Program-made: the position numbers and the translations under genes
Source: an uncultured delta proteobacterium
GTDB lineage: Bacteria; Myxococcota_A; Polyangia; Haliangiales; Haliangiaceae
NCBI GenBank assembly: GCA_963848295.1
Contig: CAWKDB010000010.1
Location: 4,512,001-4,576,000 of the forward strand
Direction: 5' to 3'
DNA: 64,000 nt
The notes under the pieces: generated by a model
What the model saw: the letters and a program-made list of their open reading frames with translations, nothing else
The model's database searches: none
What the model was told of the DNA's origin: nothing
Shown here: positions 51,714 to 60,586 of the stretch, one piece after another
How positions within the stretch are numbered: the stretch's first letter is position 1
Layout of the letters: each line of letters starts with the position of its first letter

Positions 51714-52498
51714 GCCGCGAGCGTAGCAGCGGTCGCGAACCAGCGCTGGGCGGGCGCGACGTCGATGCCGAGCCGTGCGAAGCCGGGGACCACGAGGTCT
51801 TTGATCGCCGCGAGGACGGTCGCATCGACCTCGTCCCAACGCGGGCAGCCGTGCGCGGGAAGTGCGTCGCTGATCGGCCGCTGCGGACGGTCGCGCCACG
51901 CCCGTAAGTTCAGCGCGCACAGCTCGGGCAACCACTGGCCGAGCGCGATCCGGGCCGCGGGCTCGAGCGTTGCGACGAACGCCCAGCCGATCCGCGCGTG
52001 ATCGATCTCGTCGGTGAGCAGCTCGCGCAACGCGGCGCGCACCAGCGCACCGGTCGCTCGCTCGCGGCACAGCTCGAGGAAGGCGCTGCCGGTCGTCTCG
52101 TTGAAGCACGACATCCCGACGACGTGCAGCACGCGGCGCAGCGCGCGATTTGCTCCCGCGTGACGCGGGATCGTGACCTCGAGCTTGCGCGGCGCCGGCA
52201 GCGGCGCGTCGGCGTAGGCGGCGGCGACGCGCGCGCACAGCTCGGAGTGGCGAACCTCGTCGCTGACCGCGCGCCGGGCGAGCGCGACCAGGTCGCCGTG
52301 CGCACCGGCGGCGGCGAGCGTATCGGCGATGTAGGCGAACGATCCCGACGCGCGCAGCTCGGCTTCGGATCGACCGTGCCAGACCGCGGCCACGACGGCA
52401 CGCTCGTCGGCGGTGAGCGCGGCGATCGCCGGATCGTGCGCGGGCAGCGGATGGCGCGTCGGCGCGGCGAGCGGTGCGAGGCGACGCGCCGCGATCAT
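51710..52498 (-). CDS. Ferritin-like diiron domain protein
   Basis: RSEAE, DEVRHSELC, CFNET, DEIDHARIGW; ATGA overlap with the upstream lipoprotein. Confidence 0.85.
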   Translation of the reverse strand: MIAARRLAPLAAPTRHPLPAHDPAIAALTADERAVVAAVWHGRSEAELRASGSFAYIADTLAAAGAHGDLVALARRAVSDEVRHSELCARVAAAYADAPLPAPRKLEVTIPRHAGANRALRRVLHVVGMSCFNETTGSAFLELCRERATGALVRAALRELLTDEIDHARIGWAFVATLEPAARIALGQWLPELCALNLRAWRDRPQRPISDALPAHGCPRWDEVDATVLAAIKDLVVPGFARLGIDVAPAQRWFATAATLAA

Positions 52499-52803
52499 CG
52501 CGACTCTCCGGTCTCGTGGCTGCCGTCGGCGTGAGGCGCGCTGGAGCCCGGGTCGGGCGGCACGTCGGGCAAGACGTCGGGCCGACCCGCGTCGATGATT
52601 CCCCAGCCGGCGTCGGCGATGTGGCTCCAATAGGTGTCGCCTCCGATGTCGATGATCGGCCAGGCATCGCTACCGTGGTCGCTCCCGTGTCCGGTGTCGG
52701 GACCGAAGTACAGCTCGCAGCCCGGCACCAGCGTGACGACCCCGGAGGTCACCCCGAGCCCGGCGCCGAACACCACGATCGATCGAAACAGTCGGCTGGT
52801 CAT
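52495..52803 (-). CDS. Small lipoprotein with three W-x-x-I repeats
   Basis: MTSRLFRSIVVFGAGLG...VPGC; DAWPII, TYWSHI, DAGWGII. Confidence 0.7.
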   Translation of the reverse strand: MTSRLFRSIVVFGAGLGVTSGVVTLVPGCELYFGPDTGHGSDHGSDAWPIIDIGGDTYWSHIADAGWGIIDAGRPDVLPDVPPDPGSSAPHADGSHETGESR

Positions 52804-52903
52804 ACGCTGCACTTCAGCACCGCGCGCGCCACGTCCACGCGAGCGATCTCGCGGCGTTGCACTGCGCGATTCATTGACGCGCTCGGCGATCGCGACTCCG
52901 TTG

Positions 52904-53755
52904 TCAGGGCGCGAGCGTCGCGAGCAGATAGTCAGGCACGACGCTCGACGTCTCGTGCGCGTGCTCCCAGCGCGACACCCCGGCGAGCAACGCCGCGTGC
53001 AGGCCGGCGGCGCGCGCACCGGCGATGTCGGTCTCGAGCTGGTCGCCGATCATCACGAGCCGATCGGGCGCGATCGCGAGCCGGCGCGCGGCCTCGCGGA
53101 ACAGGTGCGGCTCGGGCTTGCCGAGGCGCGCGAACGCGAACCGCTTCGCGGGAAATCGCCGGGCGAGCGCCGCTTCGATCATCAGCGCGATCGTCCCCGA
53201 GGTGAACCCGAGCTCGCCATCGCCTTTCGGATACACGAGGTCGGGGTTCGGCAGGATCAACGCGGGCATCCGGCCCGCTTCGACCGCGCGCACGACCGCG
53301 TTGAACGCGCGCTCGACGCCGGGCAAGAAATCGAAGCCCGAGTCGTCGCAGATCGCGAGCGCGTCGATCGCCTCGGTCGCGTCGTTCGCGGCCACCGGCA
53401 CGCCGCCGCCTTCGACGACGTAGGCCTCGGAGTCCTCGGTGCCGAGCACGAACGTGCGCGCGCCGACCAAGCCGTGCGCGCGGAAATATGGCGGCAACAG
53501 GCTCCCCGACGTGACGACATTGGCCTCCGGCACCGTCGCGCCATAGCCGGCGAACCGCTTCGCGTACGTCGCTTGCGAGCGCGACGCGTCGTTGCTGACG
53601 ATCGCCCACGCGCGGCCGCGGCGGTCGAGCTCGGCGAGGAGCTCCGCCGCGCCGGGCAAGATCCCGCGAGCATCGACGAGCACGCCATAGGCGTCGAGCA
53701 GGATGCCGTCGTAACACTCGATCAGCTCGGCGATCGCGACCGGTCGCGGCGTCAT
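52904..53755 (-). CDS. HAD-IIA family hydrolase (NagD-like)
   Basis: [26 protein letters not shown]. Confidence 0.92.
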   Translation of the reverse strand: MTPRPVAIAELIECYDGILLDAYGVLVDARGILPGAAELLAELDRRGRAWAIVSNDASRSQATYAKRFAGYGATVPEANVVTSGSLLPPYFRAHGLVGARTFVLGTEDSEAYVVEGGGVPVAANDATEAIDALAICDDSGFDFLPGVERAFNAVVRAVEAGRMPALILPNPDLVYPKGDGELGFTSGTIALMIEAALARRFPAKRFAFARLGKPEPHLFREAARRLAIAPDRLVMIGDQLETDIAGARAAGLHAALLAGVSRWEHAHETSSVVPDYLLATLAP

Positions 53756-53777
53756 AGACCTCTGCTATACCGCAGTC

Positions 53778-54572
53778 ATGCGCCCGTACCTCGATCTGTT
53801 GCGCCACGTGCTCGAGCACGGCGAGCAGCGCACCGATCGCACCGGCACCGGGACGATCTCGGTGTTCGGGGTGCAGACTCGCTACGATCTGCGCGCGGGC
53901 TTTCCGATCGTGACGACGAAGAAGGTGCTGTTTCCCGCGGTCGTGCACGAGCTGCTGTGGTTCCTGCGCGGCTCGACGAACATCAACGACGAGCTGACGC
54001 AGCACACGCCGATCTGGGACGCGTGGGCCGACGCCGAAGGCAACCTCGGGCCGATCTACGGTCATCAATGGCGGCATTGGGGCGTCGCACCGGGCGAGCC
54101 CGGCGGCGTCGATCAGATCCAGCAGGTGCTCGACACGCTCAAGCGCGATCCATCCTCGCGCCGGATCATCGTGTCGGCCTGGAACGTCGCCGACCTCCCG
54201 AAGATGAAGCTGCCGCCGTGCCACGCGCTGTTTCAGTTCTACGTCGCCGGTGGTGCTCTGGATTGTCAGCTCTACCAGCGTTCGGCCGACCTCGCGCTCG
54301 GCGTGCCGTTCAACATCGCGAGCTACGCGTTGCTGATGGCGATGATCGCGAACGAGTGCAAGCTCGAGCCGCGCTACTTCGTGCACACCCTCGGCGACGC
54401 GCACATCTACGCGAACCACGTCGAAGGCGTGAAGATCCAGCTCGCGCGCGAGCCGCGGCCGCTGCCGAAGCTCGTGCTCGCCGACAAGCCGGTGCTCGCG
54501 ATGACGTACGACAACATCGCGCTCGAGGGCTACCAGCACGACGCGTTCATCAAGTTTCCGGTCGCGGTCTGA
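53778..54572 (+). CDS. thyA: Thymidylate synthase
   Basis: DRTGTGT, ELLWFL, LPPCH, YQRSAD, PFNIASY. Confidence 0.97.
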   Translation: MRPYLDLLRHVLEHGEQRTDRTGTGTISVFGVQTRYDLRAGFPIVTTKKVLFPAVVHELLWFLRGSTNINDELTQHTPIWDAWADAEGNLGPIYGHQWRHWGVAPGEPGGVDQIQQVLDTLKRDPSSRRIIVSAWNVADLPKMKLPPCHALFQFYVAGGALDCQLYQRSADLALGVPFNIASYALLMAMIANECKLEPRYFVHTLGDAHIYANHVEGVKIQLAREPRPLPKLVLADKPVLAMTYDNIALEGYQHDAFIKFPVAV

Positions 54573-54573
54573 G

Positions 54574-55095
54574 TCAGCGCTTCGCGTAGCGCGCGATCTC
54601 GTAGCGGATGCCGTTGTCTTCGCCTTCGCACGCGCCGTCCCAGTTCACGATCGCGAAGCCGAGCGCCTTGATGTTCGGGATCTCGACGTCGCAGCCGAAC
54701 CGGCCGTGCACCCGGGTCAGGTAGACCCAGCGCAGCGCCTCGTGGCCGAACGCCTCGCGGAACAAGACGGCGCCGCCGACGACAAACGCGGTCTCGGCGT
54801 CGCGGGCCAGGTCGAGCGCCATGTCGAGCGAGCCCGCGGCGAGCACGCTCGGCGGCAGCTCGATCGTCCCACGCGTGACGACGATGTTCGTGCGCTTGGG
54901 TAGCGGCCGGCCGCGAACCTCGGCCGATTCCCAGGTCTTGCGTCCCATCACGATCGCGTTATGGCGCCCGGGCGACGCGGCGCTCGTCAGCTTACGGAAG
55001 TGGGCGAGGTCACCGGCCAGCTTGGGCCATGGCAGGGCATTCGATTTCCCGATCCCCCAGTCGAGGTCGGCCGCGACAACGACATCGAAGCTCAC
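54574..55095 (-). CDS. folA: Dihydrofolate reductase
   Basis: IGKSNALPW, DLAHFRKLT, MGRKTWES, PLPKRTNIVV, VVGG. Confidence 0.95.
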   Translation of the reverse strand: MSFDVVVAADLDWGIGKSNALPWPKLAGDLAHFRKLTSAASPGRHNAIVMGRKTWESAEVRGRPLPKRTNIVVTRGTIELPPSVLAAGSLDMALDLARDAETAFVVGGAVLFREAFGHEALRWVYLTRVHGRFGCDVEIPNIKALGFAIVNWDGACEGEDNGIRYEIARYAKR

Positions 55096-55165
55096 GTGGG
55101 CACGGTACCGCAGGCGCGTACATCGCACACCGGTTCGAACCGCGCGATAATGGTTCGGGGGACTC

Positions 55166-56320
55166 ATGCGCTCGCACCTCGGTCTCGCGCTCGGGATCTT
55201 CGCGGCTTGCTCACCGCATCATGGCGACGGGCCCGATGCCGGCGGCAACTCGTGCATTGGTACGGAGACGCAATGCAACGGCCTGGACTTCCAGACCTGT
55301 AACGACGGCACCTTCGAGACGACGCAGACGTGCAGCGGCGCGTGCTTGGCGGCGCTCGGCGGATGTGTCGCTTGCGATCCGAGCGCGGGCAACACGTGCA
55401 ACGCGAACACCGCGGTGACGTGCAACGCCGACGGCTCGTTCGGGTCGACGATCATGACGTGCGGCGAGGGCACCGCGTGCTCCGGCGGCACGTGCAACGA
55501 CGCGTGCACCGCCGATGGCGTCGACCTGGTCTACGTCGTCGACGAGTCGAACGACTTCTTGAGCTTCGATCCGCGCAAGCTCCCGGGCGATCCATTCACG
55601 ATGATCGGCGTGCTGGATTGCCCGCACAACGACACGTCGATCGAGGTGCCGGCGCAAGGCGTCATCCCGTTCTCGATGTCGATCGATCGCAACGGCAAGG
55701 CGTGGGTGCTGTACGCGAGCGGCGAGCTATTCAACGTGTCGCTCACCGACGCGTCGTGCACCGCGGTCGACAACGTGATCGGCGCCGCCGGCATGGAGCT
55801 GTTCGGCATGGGGTTCTCGACGGATTCGGTCGGCGGTAACACCGAGCACCTGTTCATCGCCGGCGGTGGCCAATCGGCGCAGCCGATGGGCAAGCTCGCC
55901 GACATCGATACGACGCTCGCGGACCTCACGCCGACCGTGCTCGGGACGTTGACCGCACCCTCGGACTACAGCCCGGAGCTCACCGGCACGAGCGAGGCGA
56001 AGCTGTTCGGGTTCTATCCCGTGCTCACGACCGGGCCGGCGTACGTCCAAGAGATCGACAAGACCAGCGGCGCCCCCGTCGGCCAGGTGTGGAACCTCGG
56101 GACGAGCGGCCTCGGCGATCAGATCACCGATTGGGCGTTCGCCCAGTGGGGCGGCGTGTTCTACGTATTCGTCACGACCGCCGACGCCGCCAGCACCCGG
56201 ACCTCGACCGTCCGAGCGATCGATCGCGCGACCAACACCTACAGCGTCGTGCTGCCGAACGTCCAGTACTTCATCGATGGCGCCGGCGTCTCGACCTGCG
56301 CGCCGATCACGATCCAATGA
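55166..56320 (+). CDS. Cys-rich lipoprotein with probable beta-propeller C-terminus
   Basis: FAAC lipobox; PFSMSIDR, GMGFS, ELTGT, WAFAQWGG, GAGVSTCAP. Confidence 0.8.
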   Translation: MRSHLGLALGIFAACSPHHGDGPDAGGNSCIGTETQCNGLDFQTCNDGTFETTQTCSGACLAALGGCVACDPSAGNTCNANTAVTCNADGSFGSTIMTCGEGTACSGGTCNDACTADGVDLVYVVDESNDFLSFDPRKLPGDPFTMIGVLDCPHNDTSIEVPAQGVIPFSMSIDRNGKAWVLYASGELFNVSLTDASCTAVDNVIGAAGMELFGMGFSTDSVGGNTEHLFIAGGGQSAQPMGKLADIDTTLADLTPTVLGTLTAPSDYSPELTGTSEAKLFGFYPVLTTGPAYVQEIDKTSGAPVGQVWNLGTSGLGDQITDWAFAQWGGVFYVFVTTADAASTRTSTVRAIDRATNTYSVVLPNVQYFIDGAGVSTCAPITIQ

Positions 56321-56323
56321 CCC

Positions 56324-56414
56324 GGGGACGCTGTCTCTATTGTCAACCAGTGCCCCAGGCCCAACTGCGCGAAATACCAGCGCTCTGATTGGGGACGCTG
56401 TCTCTATTGTCAAC
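56324..56414. repeat. Two identical 24-bp direct repeats separated by 43 bp
   Basis: GGGGACGCTGTCTCTATTGTCAAC at 56324-56347 and 56391-56414. Confidence 0.9.
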
Positions 56415-56466
56415 TAACGGCCTTGGACCCAGCCGCCCGGGTCCCCGAAGTCGAGGTCACGCGTCG

Positions 56467-57864
56467 CTAATTGAGCAGCGCTTCGGTTTCGCCGGTGTCG
56501 GTCGTCTTCTTCGGCGCACTCTGGTCGGCGAGCCGCTGCTTGTTCTGTTCCATCACGAACTGCATGACGTAGGGGAAGCCGACCTGGATGCCGTTGAGCT
56601 TCGGCGCCAGCATCGCCTGCAGACCGAACATGATGACGCTCGCGCGCTCGACGTAGAACCAGCCTTCGGGGTACGCGATCGACTTCATCAAGCCGCGTAG
56701 CTCTTCGCGCTTCATGTCCGGATCGGCGAGCTGTTGCGCGACCGCGGGATCGATCTTGCCGAAGTCGGTGATGTTGAGGTTGAGCAGCTTCTCGAAGTAC
56801 TTGCGCACGGTCTTCTCGAGCAGCTCGCGATCGCCGCCCGGCGCCATGAAGCCCATCTCGTCGATGCCCTTGACGACGAGATCATCCTTGCGTGTCATCA
56901 GGCCGCTCAGGATGTCGAACATGCCGTCGGCGAGGTTCTGGCGCAGCTCGGTCGCCGAGCCGAGATCGAGCACGACGATCCGGACCTGACCTTCGGGCCC
57001 CTTTTGCACGAAGAAGTTTCCGGGATGTGGATCGGCGTGGAAGAACCGGTCGATGAACAGCTGCTTGTAGAACACCTTGGTCAGCTTGGTCGCGACGTCG
57101 TATGGATCCAGCTGGAGCGTCGCGAGCGCGTCCTTCTTCGAGATCTTGACGCCATCCATGAACGACATCGTCAACACCGTGCGGCTCGACCACTCGGGGT
57201 AGACTTTCGGGAACAGCACGTCGGGATCGCTCTCGAAGTTCTTCGCCATTCGCGCGATCATGCGCGCCTCGTTCTCGAGATCGGTTTCGCGCTCGAGCAT
57301 GTCGGCGAGCTGCTCGTGGACGCGCATGATCTGCTGCATCGGCACGAAGTGGCGATAGACGCGCAACGCCCAGCCGAGCACGCGCAGGTCGACCTTGATG
57401 ATCGTCGCGACGTTCGGATAGAGGATCTTGACCGCGAGCCGCTCGCCCGCTTCGTTGCGCGCCTCGTGGACCTGGCCGAGCGACGCCGCCGCGATCGGTT
57501 CGTGCTCGAACGACGCGAACACCTCGGTCGGCAGCCGGCCGAACGCTTTGACAAACGTCGACACGATCGACTTGTAGGTCGCGGGCGGAACGTCGTCTTG
57601 CAGCGCCTCGAGCTCTTCGACGTACTCCCGCGGCAGGAACGTGCCCATGATCGACAAGATCTGGCCGAGCTTGATGTAGACGCCGCGCAACGACACGAAG
57701 CCTCGGAACATCCGGCGCGCGTTGCGGCGATGGATCTTTTTCCACCGCGCTTTGGTCGCGTAGCGCGTCGGCCATAGCTGGGTCCACGCCACCTGCCACA
57801 TGTAACTCAGGAAGATGACCGCGAAGACTCGCGTCGCGCGGATCAGTCGAATGGCGGCGGACAT
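56467..57864 (-). CDS. AarF/ABC1/UbiB family kinase
   Basis: YIKLGQ, LQD, AAASLGQVH, AVK, FFHADPHPGN. Confidence 0.93.
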   Translation of the reverse strand: MSAAIRLIRATRVFAVIFLSYMWQVAWTQLWPTRYATKARWKKIHRRNARRMFRGFVSLRGVYIKLGQILSIMGTFLPREYVEELEALQDDVPPATYKSIVSTFVKAFGRLPTEVFASFEHEPIAAASLGQVHEARNEAGERLAVKILYPNVATIIKVDLRVLGWALRVYRHFVPMQQIMRVHEQLADMLERETDLENEARMIARMAKNFESDPDVLFPKVYPEWSSRTVLTMSFMDGVKISKKDALATLQLDPYDVATKLTKVFYKQLFIDRFFHADPHPGNFFVQKGPEGQVRIVVLDLGSATELRQNLADGMFDILSGLMTRKDDLVVKGIDEMGFMAPGGDRELLEKTVRKYFEKLLNLNITDFGKIDPAVAQQLADPDMKREELRGLMKSIAYPEGWFYVERASVIMFGLQAMLAPKLNGIQVGFPYVMQFVMEQNKQRLADQSAPKKTTDTGETEALLN

Positions 57865-57905
57865 AGGCTAGCTGCGGACGTTGTCCTCGATGCTAGCATG
57901 TGCCC

Positions 57906-58814
57906 GTGACCGACCTGTTCGATCGTGCGGCGAGCTACTTCCACCAGCTGCAGACCGACATCTGCGCTGCACTCGCAGATGCCGACGGCGCGGCGTTGTT
58001 CGGCGCCGATGCGTGGCAGCGCCCGGGCGGCGGCGGCGGGGTCGCCCGCGTGCTCGAAAACGGCGTGGTGTTCGAGAAGGCGGGAGTCAACTGGTCGAGC
58101 GTCGACGGCGAACTACCGGTCGAGCTCGCCGAGCAGATGCCGGGTGAGGGACGCGCGTTCCGGGCGAGCGGGGTGTCGCTGGTCATCCACCCGAAGTCGC
58201 CGATGGTGCCGACCACCCACGCGAACTTTCGCTGCATCGAGAAGGGCGGCACGGTGTGGTTCGGCGGCGGGGCCGACCTGACGCCGTATTACCTGTTCCG
58301 CGAGGACGCGGTCCATTTCCACCGGACGCTCGCCGACGCCTGCGACCGCCATCGCCCGATCGGCGACTACGAGCGGTTCAAGAAGTGGTGCGATGACTAC
58401 TTTTTCCTGCCGCACCGCAACGAGACGCGCGGAGTCGGCGGGGTGTTCTTCGATTACCTCGGCAGCAAACACGAGTTCCCGGCCGAGAAGGTGTTCGACT
58501 TCGTGCGCGAGCTCGGCGATGCGTGGACGACCGCGTACGCGCCGATCGTGGCGCGCCGCAAGCCCGCGACGTGGGGTGACGTCGAGCGCGGCTGGCAGCT
58601 GCGGCGGCGCGGTCGCTACGTCGAGTTTAATTTATTGTACGACCGCGGCACGCTATTCGGGCTCAAGACCAACGGTCGGATCGAGTCGATCTTCATGTCG
58701 CTGCCGCCGATCGTCCGTTGGGACTACGACGCGGGGCCGCAACCGGGCTCGCCCGAAGCCGAGCTGGTCGCGCATCTCAAGGCCATCGACTGGCTCGGGC
58801 GCGCTGCGACATGA
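57906..58814 (+). CDS. hemF: Oxygen-dependent coproporphyrinogen III oxidase
   Basis: FEKAGVN, PTTHANFR, WFGGGADLTP, RRGRYVEFNLLYDRGTLFGL. Confidence 0.96.
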   Translation: MTDLFDRAASYFHQLQTDICAALADADGAALFGADAWQRPGGGGGVARVLENGVVFEKAGVNWSSVDGELPVELAEQMPGEGRAFRASGVSLVIHPKSPMVPTTHANFRCIEKGGTVWFGGGADLTPYYLFREDAVHFHRTLADACDRHRPIGDYERFKKWCDDYFFLPHRNETRGVGGVFFDYLGSKHEFPAEKVFDFVRELGDAWTTAYAPIVARRKPATWGDVERGWQLRRRGRYVEFNLLYDRGTLFGLKTNGRIESIFMSLPPIVRWDYDAGPQPGSPEAELVAHLKAIDWLGRAAT

Positions 58815-58848
58815 ACTGTCGTCGCGCAGGTCGTCAACCTGAGCGGGG

Positions 58849-59227
58849 CTAGAACGTGAAGATCTGCTCGGGACGCTTCTCCGCCGGTTTCGGAGCGGCC
58901 TGCTCCTCGGACTCGGTCCGGCGCTTGATCATCGGCGGCGGCGGCTCGACCGCATAGCGCGCGGCGGCCGAAGTCATCGGCACGATCGGCGCGGGAGTCG
59001 GACGCGACTCTTGCTGGGTCGGTTTCCGGCTTCAGCGGCATCGACGGCGTTGGTCGCGGAGCCGGTGGCGGAGCGATCGTCGTCGCAGCGCCTTCGCCAA
59101 GGAAGTCACCGACGCGGGTCTCGACGAACTGGCTCATCGAGATGTTGTTCGCTTCGCAGAAGGCCTTTAGCCGCTCGTAGGTCGTCCGGCTGACACTGAT
59201 GCTCCGTCGAGTCTGCTTCTTGGCCAT
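58849..59227 (-). CDS. Ribbon-helix-helix-like DNA-binding protein with Pro-rich tail; frameshift near 59000
   Basis: RRSISVSRTTYERLKAFCEANNISMSQFVE (beta-helix-helix); shifted frame ends ...EKRPEQIFTF*; TTGACG-N17-TAAGGA upstream. Confidence 0.65.
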
Positions 59228-59430
59228 AATAAAATCCTTACGCTACGGGTAGGGCATCGTCAAGGCGTACCTACTAGCCTTGGACTCCCGTTTGACGCGA
59301 GCGAACCTACCCCCGGCCTCTGACAACGAAGGGATCGGATCTGCTGATGAATCGGGTGATCCGCGAGTGATCTCGAACGGATCAGCGCCGATCGAATTTT
59401 GATCGCGCCGCACTTCTCGAACCCAGCCCC

Positions 59431-59470
59431 GAAAAATAGAACGGGTCCGACGACGATCGTCGGACCCGTT
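59431..59470 (-). terminator. Intrinsic terminator
   Basis: 14-bp stem 59440-59453/59457-59470 followed on the minus strand by CTATTTTT. Confidence 0.8.
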
Positions 59471-59743
59471 TGCTCATCTTACTCGGACTGCGGTTCGCTG
59501 CCCGAGGTCAGGGAGGCGTTAGGACCAGACCTCCGGCGAGCAATGACTCAATCGTCTCATAGTGTCTTGTCCTCCCCTGGCATTAGCCAGCAGCCCGATG
59601 GCGCGGCCCGCCAGCAACATTGCAGCGGTTCCCGGCATCGGGCCTTCATAATGGGCACTACGGCCCGTCACGAAGCCCACAGCTCGCGGTGTCCTAATGG
59701 TCACTGCGTGTGTTCTCGACGACCAGCTCCGGTCGCACCTCCC
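59431..59743 (-). ncRNA. Unassigned structured ncRNA (~310 nt)
   Basis: Nested long-range helices plus several hairpins; G-U wobbles favour the minus strand; TACAAT just upstream; ends in a terminator. Confidence 0.6.
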
Positions 59744-59813
59744 ATTGTAGAGCAAGCCGAGGCCAAGCGCCAGAGTCCGGAGTAACGCCGCCGCTGTGCT
59801 ATCTAGCGCAGGC

Positions 59814-60167
59814 ATGACGACCCGGCCGAGCAAGCAGCTCGAGACGTTCCCGAACCCCAAGCGCGGCCGCGACTATCACATCGCGTTCGAATGCCCGGAG
59901 TTCACCTGCTTGTGCCCGATCACCGGCCAGCCGGACTTTGCCACCGTCCACATCGACTATGTCGCGGACGAGCTGTGCGTCGAGCTCAAGAGCTTGAAGC
60001 TCTACCTGTGGAGCTATCGCAACGAAGGCACGTTTCACGAAGCGGTCACGAATCAGATCTGTGATGACATCGTCGCGGCAACCCAGCCGCGCTCGATCAC
60101 GGTGACGGCGACGTTCTTGGTTCGCGGCGGCATCACCACCACGGTGACGGTCACCGCGGGAAAGTAG
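59814..60167 (+). CDS. queF: NADPH-dependent 7-cyano-7-deazaguanine reductase (short type)
   Basis: [34 protein letters not shown]. Confidence 0.95.
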   Translation: MTTRPSKQLETFPNPKRGRDYHIAFECPEFTCLCPITGQPDFATVHIDYVADELCVELKSLKLYLWSYRNEGTFHEAVTNQICDDIVAATQPRSITVTATFLVRGGITTTVTVTAGK

Positions 60168-60171
60168 ATCG

Positions 60172-60579
60172 ATGTTGAACCGCTTGCTGCTGTTAGCTGC
60201 CGTCGCCGGGTGCGGCGGCGCGTCTTATCAGACGATCAAGATCGTCAACCAGACCGATCGCGACATCCCCGAGATCTACGTCTACAAGATGGGCGCGAAG
60301 GATCACGGCAAGTCAGTCGGCTCGCTGCAGCCGGGAGCTGCGTCGCAGGTCAAGGTGCAAGCCGGCAACGTCGAGGTGCTGGCGTACAGCGCGAAGATGC
60401 AGATCGACGATCACACCCGCGATCGGCCGGAGGCATCGCAGGATGTCGAGCTCGATCGGCCGATCGAGCTGATCTTCTTCGACAGCGGGTCACCGCCGGC
60501 AGCCGCCGCCGGCAACCCGAACGTGATCGGCGTGGAGTTCCGCGTGCCGGTCGGCAAGCCGTCGCCGCCGCCGGAGTGA
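60172..60579 (+). CDS. Lipoprotein
   Basis: VAGC lipobox; IVNQTDRDIPEIYV. Confidence 0.7.
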   Translation: MLNRLLLLAAVAGCGGASYQTIKIVNQTDRDIPEIYVYKMGAKDHGKSVGSLQPGAASQVKVQAGNVEVLAYSAKMQIDDHTRDRPEASQDVELDRPIELIFFDSGSPPAAAAGNPNVIGVEFRVPVGKPSPPPE

Positions 60580-60586
60580 GCGACGA

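Noticed and set aside
56324..56414. Bona fide CRISPR array
   Set aside because: Only two repeats, no leader and no cas genes; kept as an unexplained repeat
59344..59385. Hammerhead ribozyme (CTGATGA)
   Set aside because: No GAAA core or supporting stems
59431..59743. tmRNA, RNase P RNA, SRP RNA or cobalamin riboswitch
   Set aside because: No tRNA-like TTCGA/CCA end or Ala-ending tag, no GAGGAAAGTCC, no helix-8 CAGG/GNRA/AGCAG arrangement; GGGAACCGCTGCAA only loosely resembles a B12 element
59751..59766. Sigma-54 promoter TTGGCCTCGGCTTGCT (minus strand) for the ncRNA
   Set aside because: GG-to-GC spacing is 9 nt rather than the required 10; viable only if an indel error is present
59744..59813. 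preQ1 riboswitch upstream of queF
   Set aside because: No preQ1 hairpin with an A-rich tail; the structured RNA is on the opposite strand
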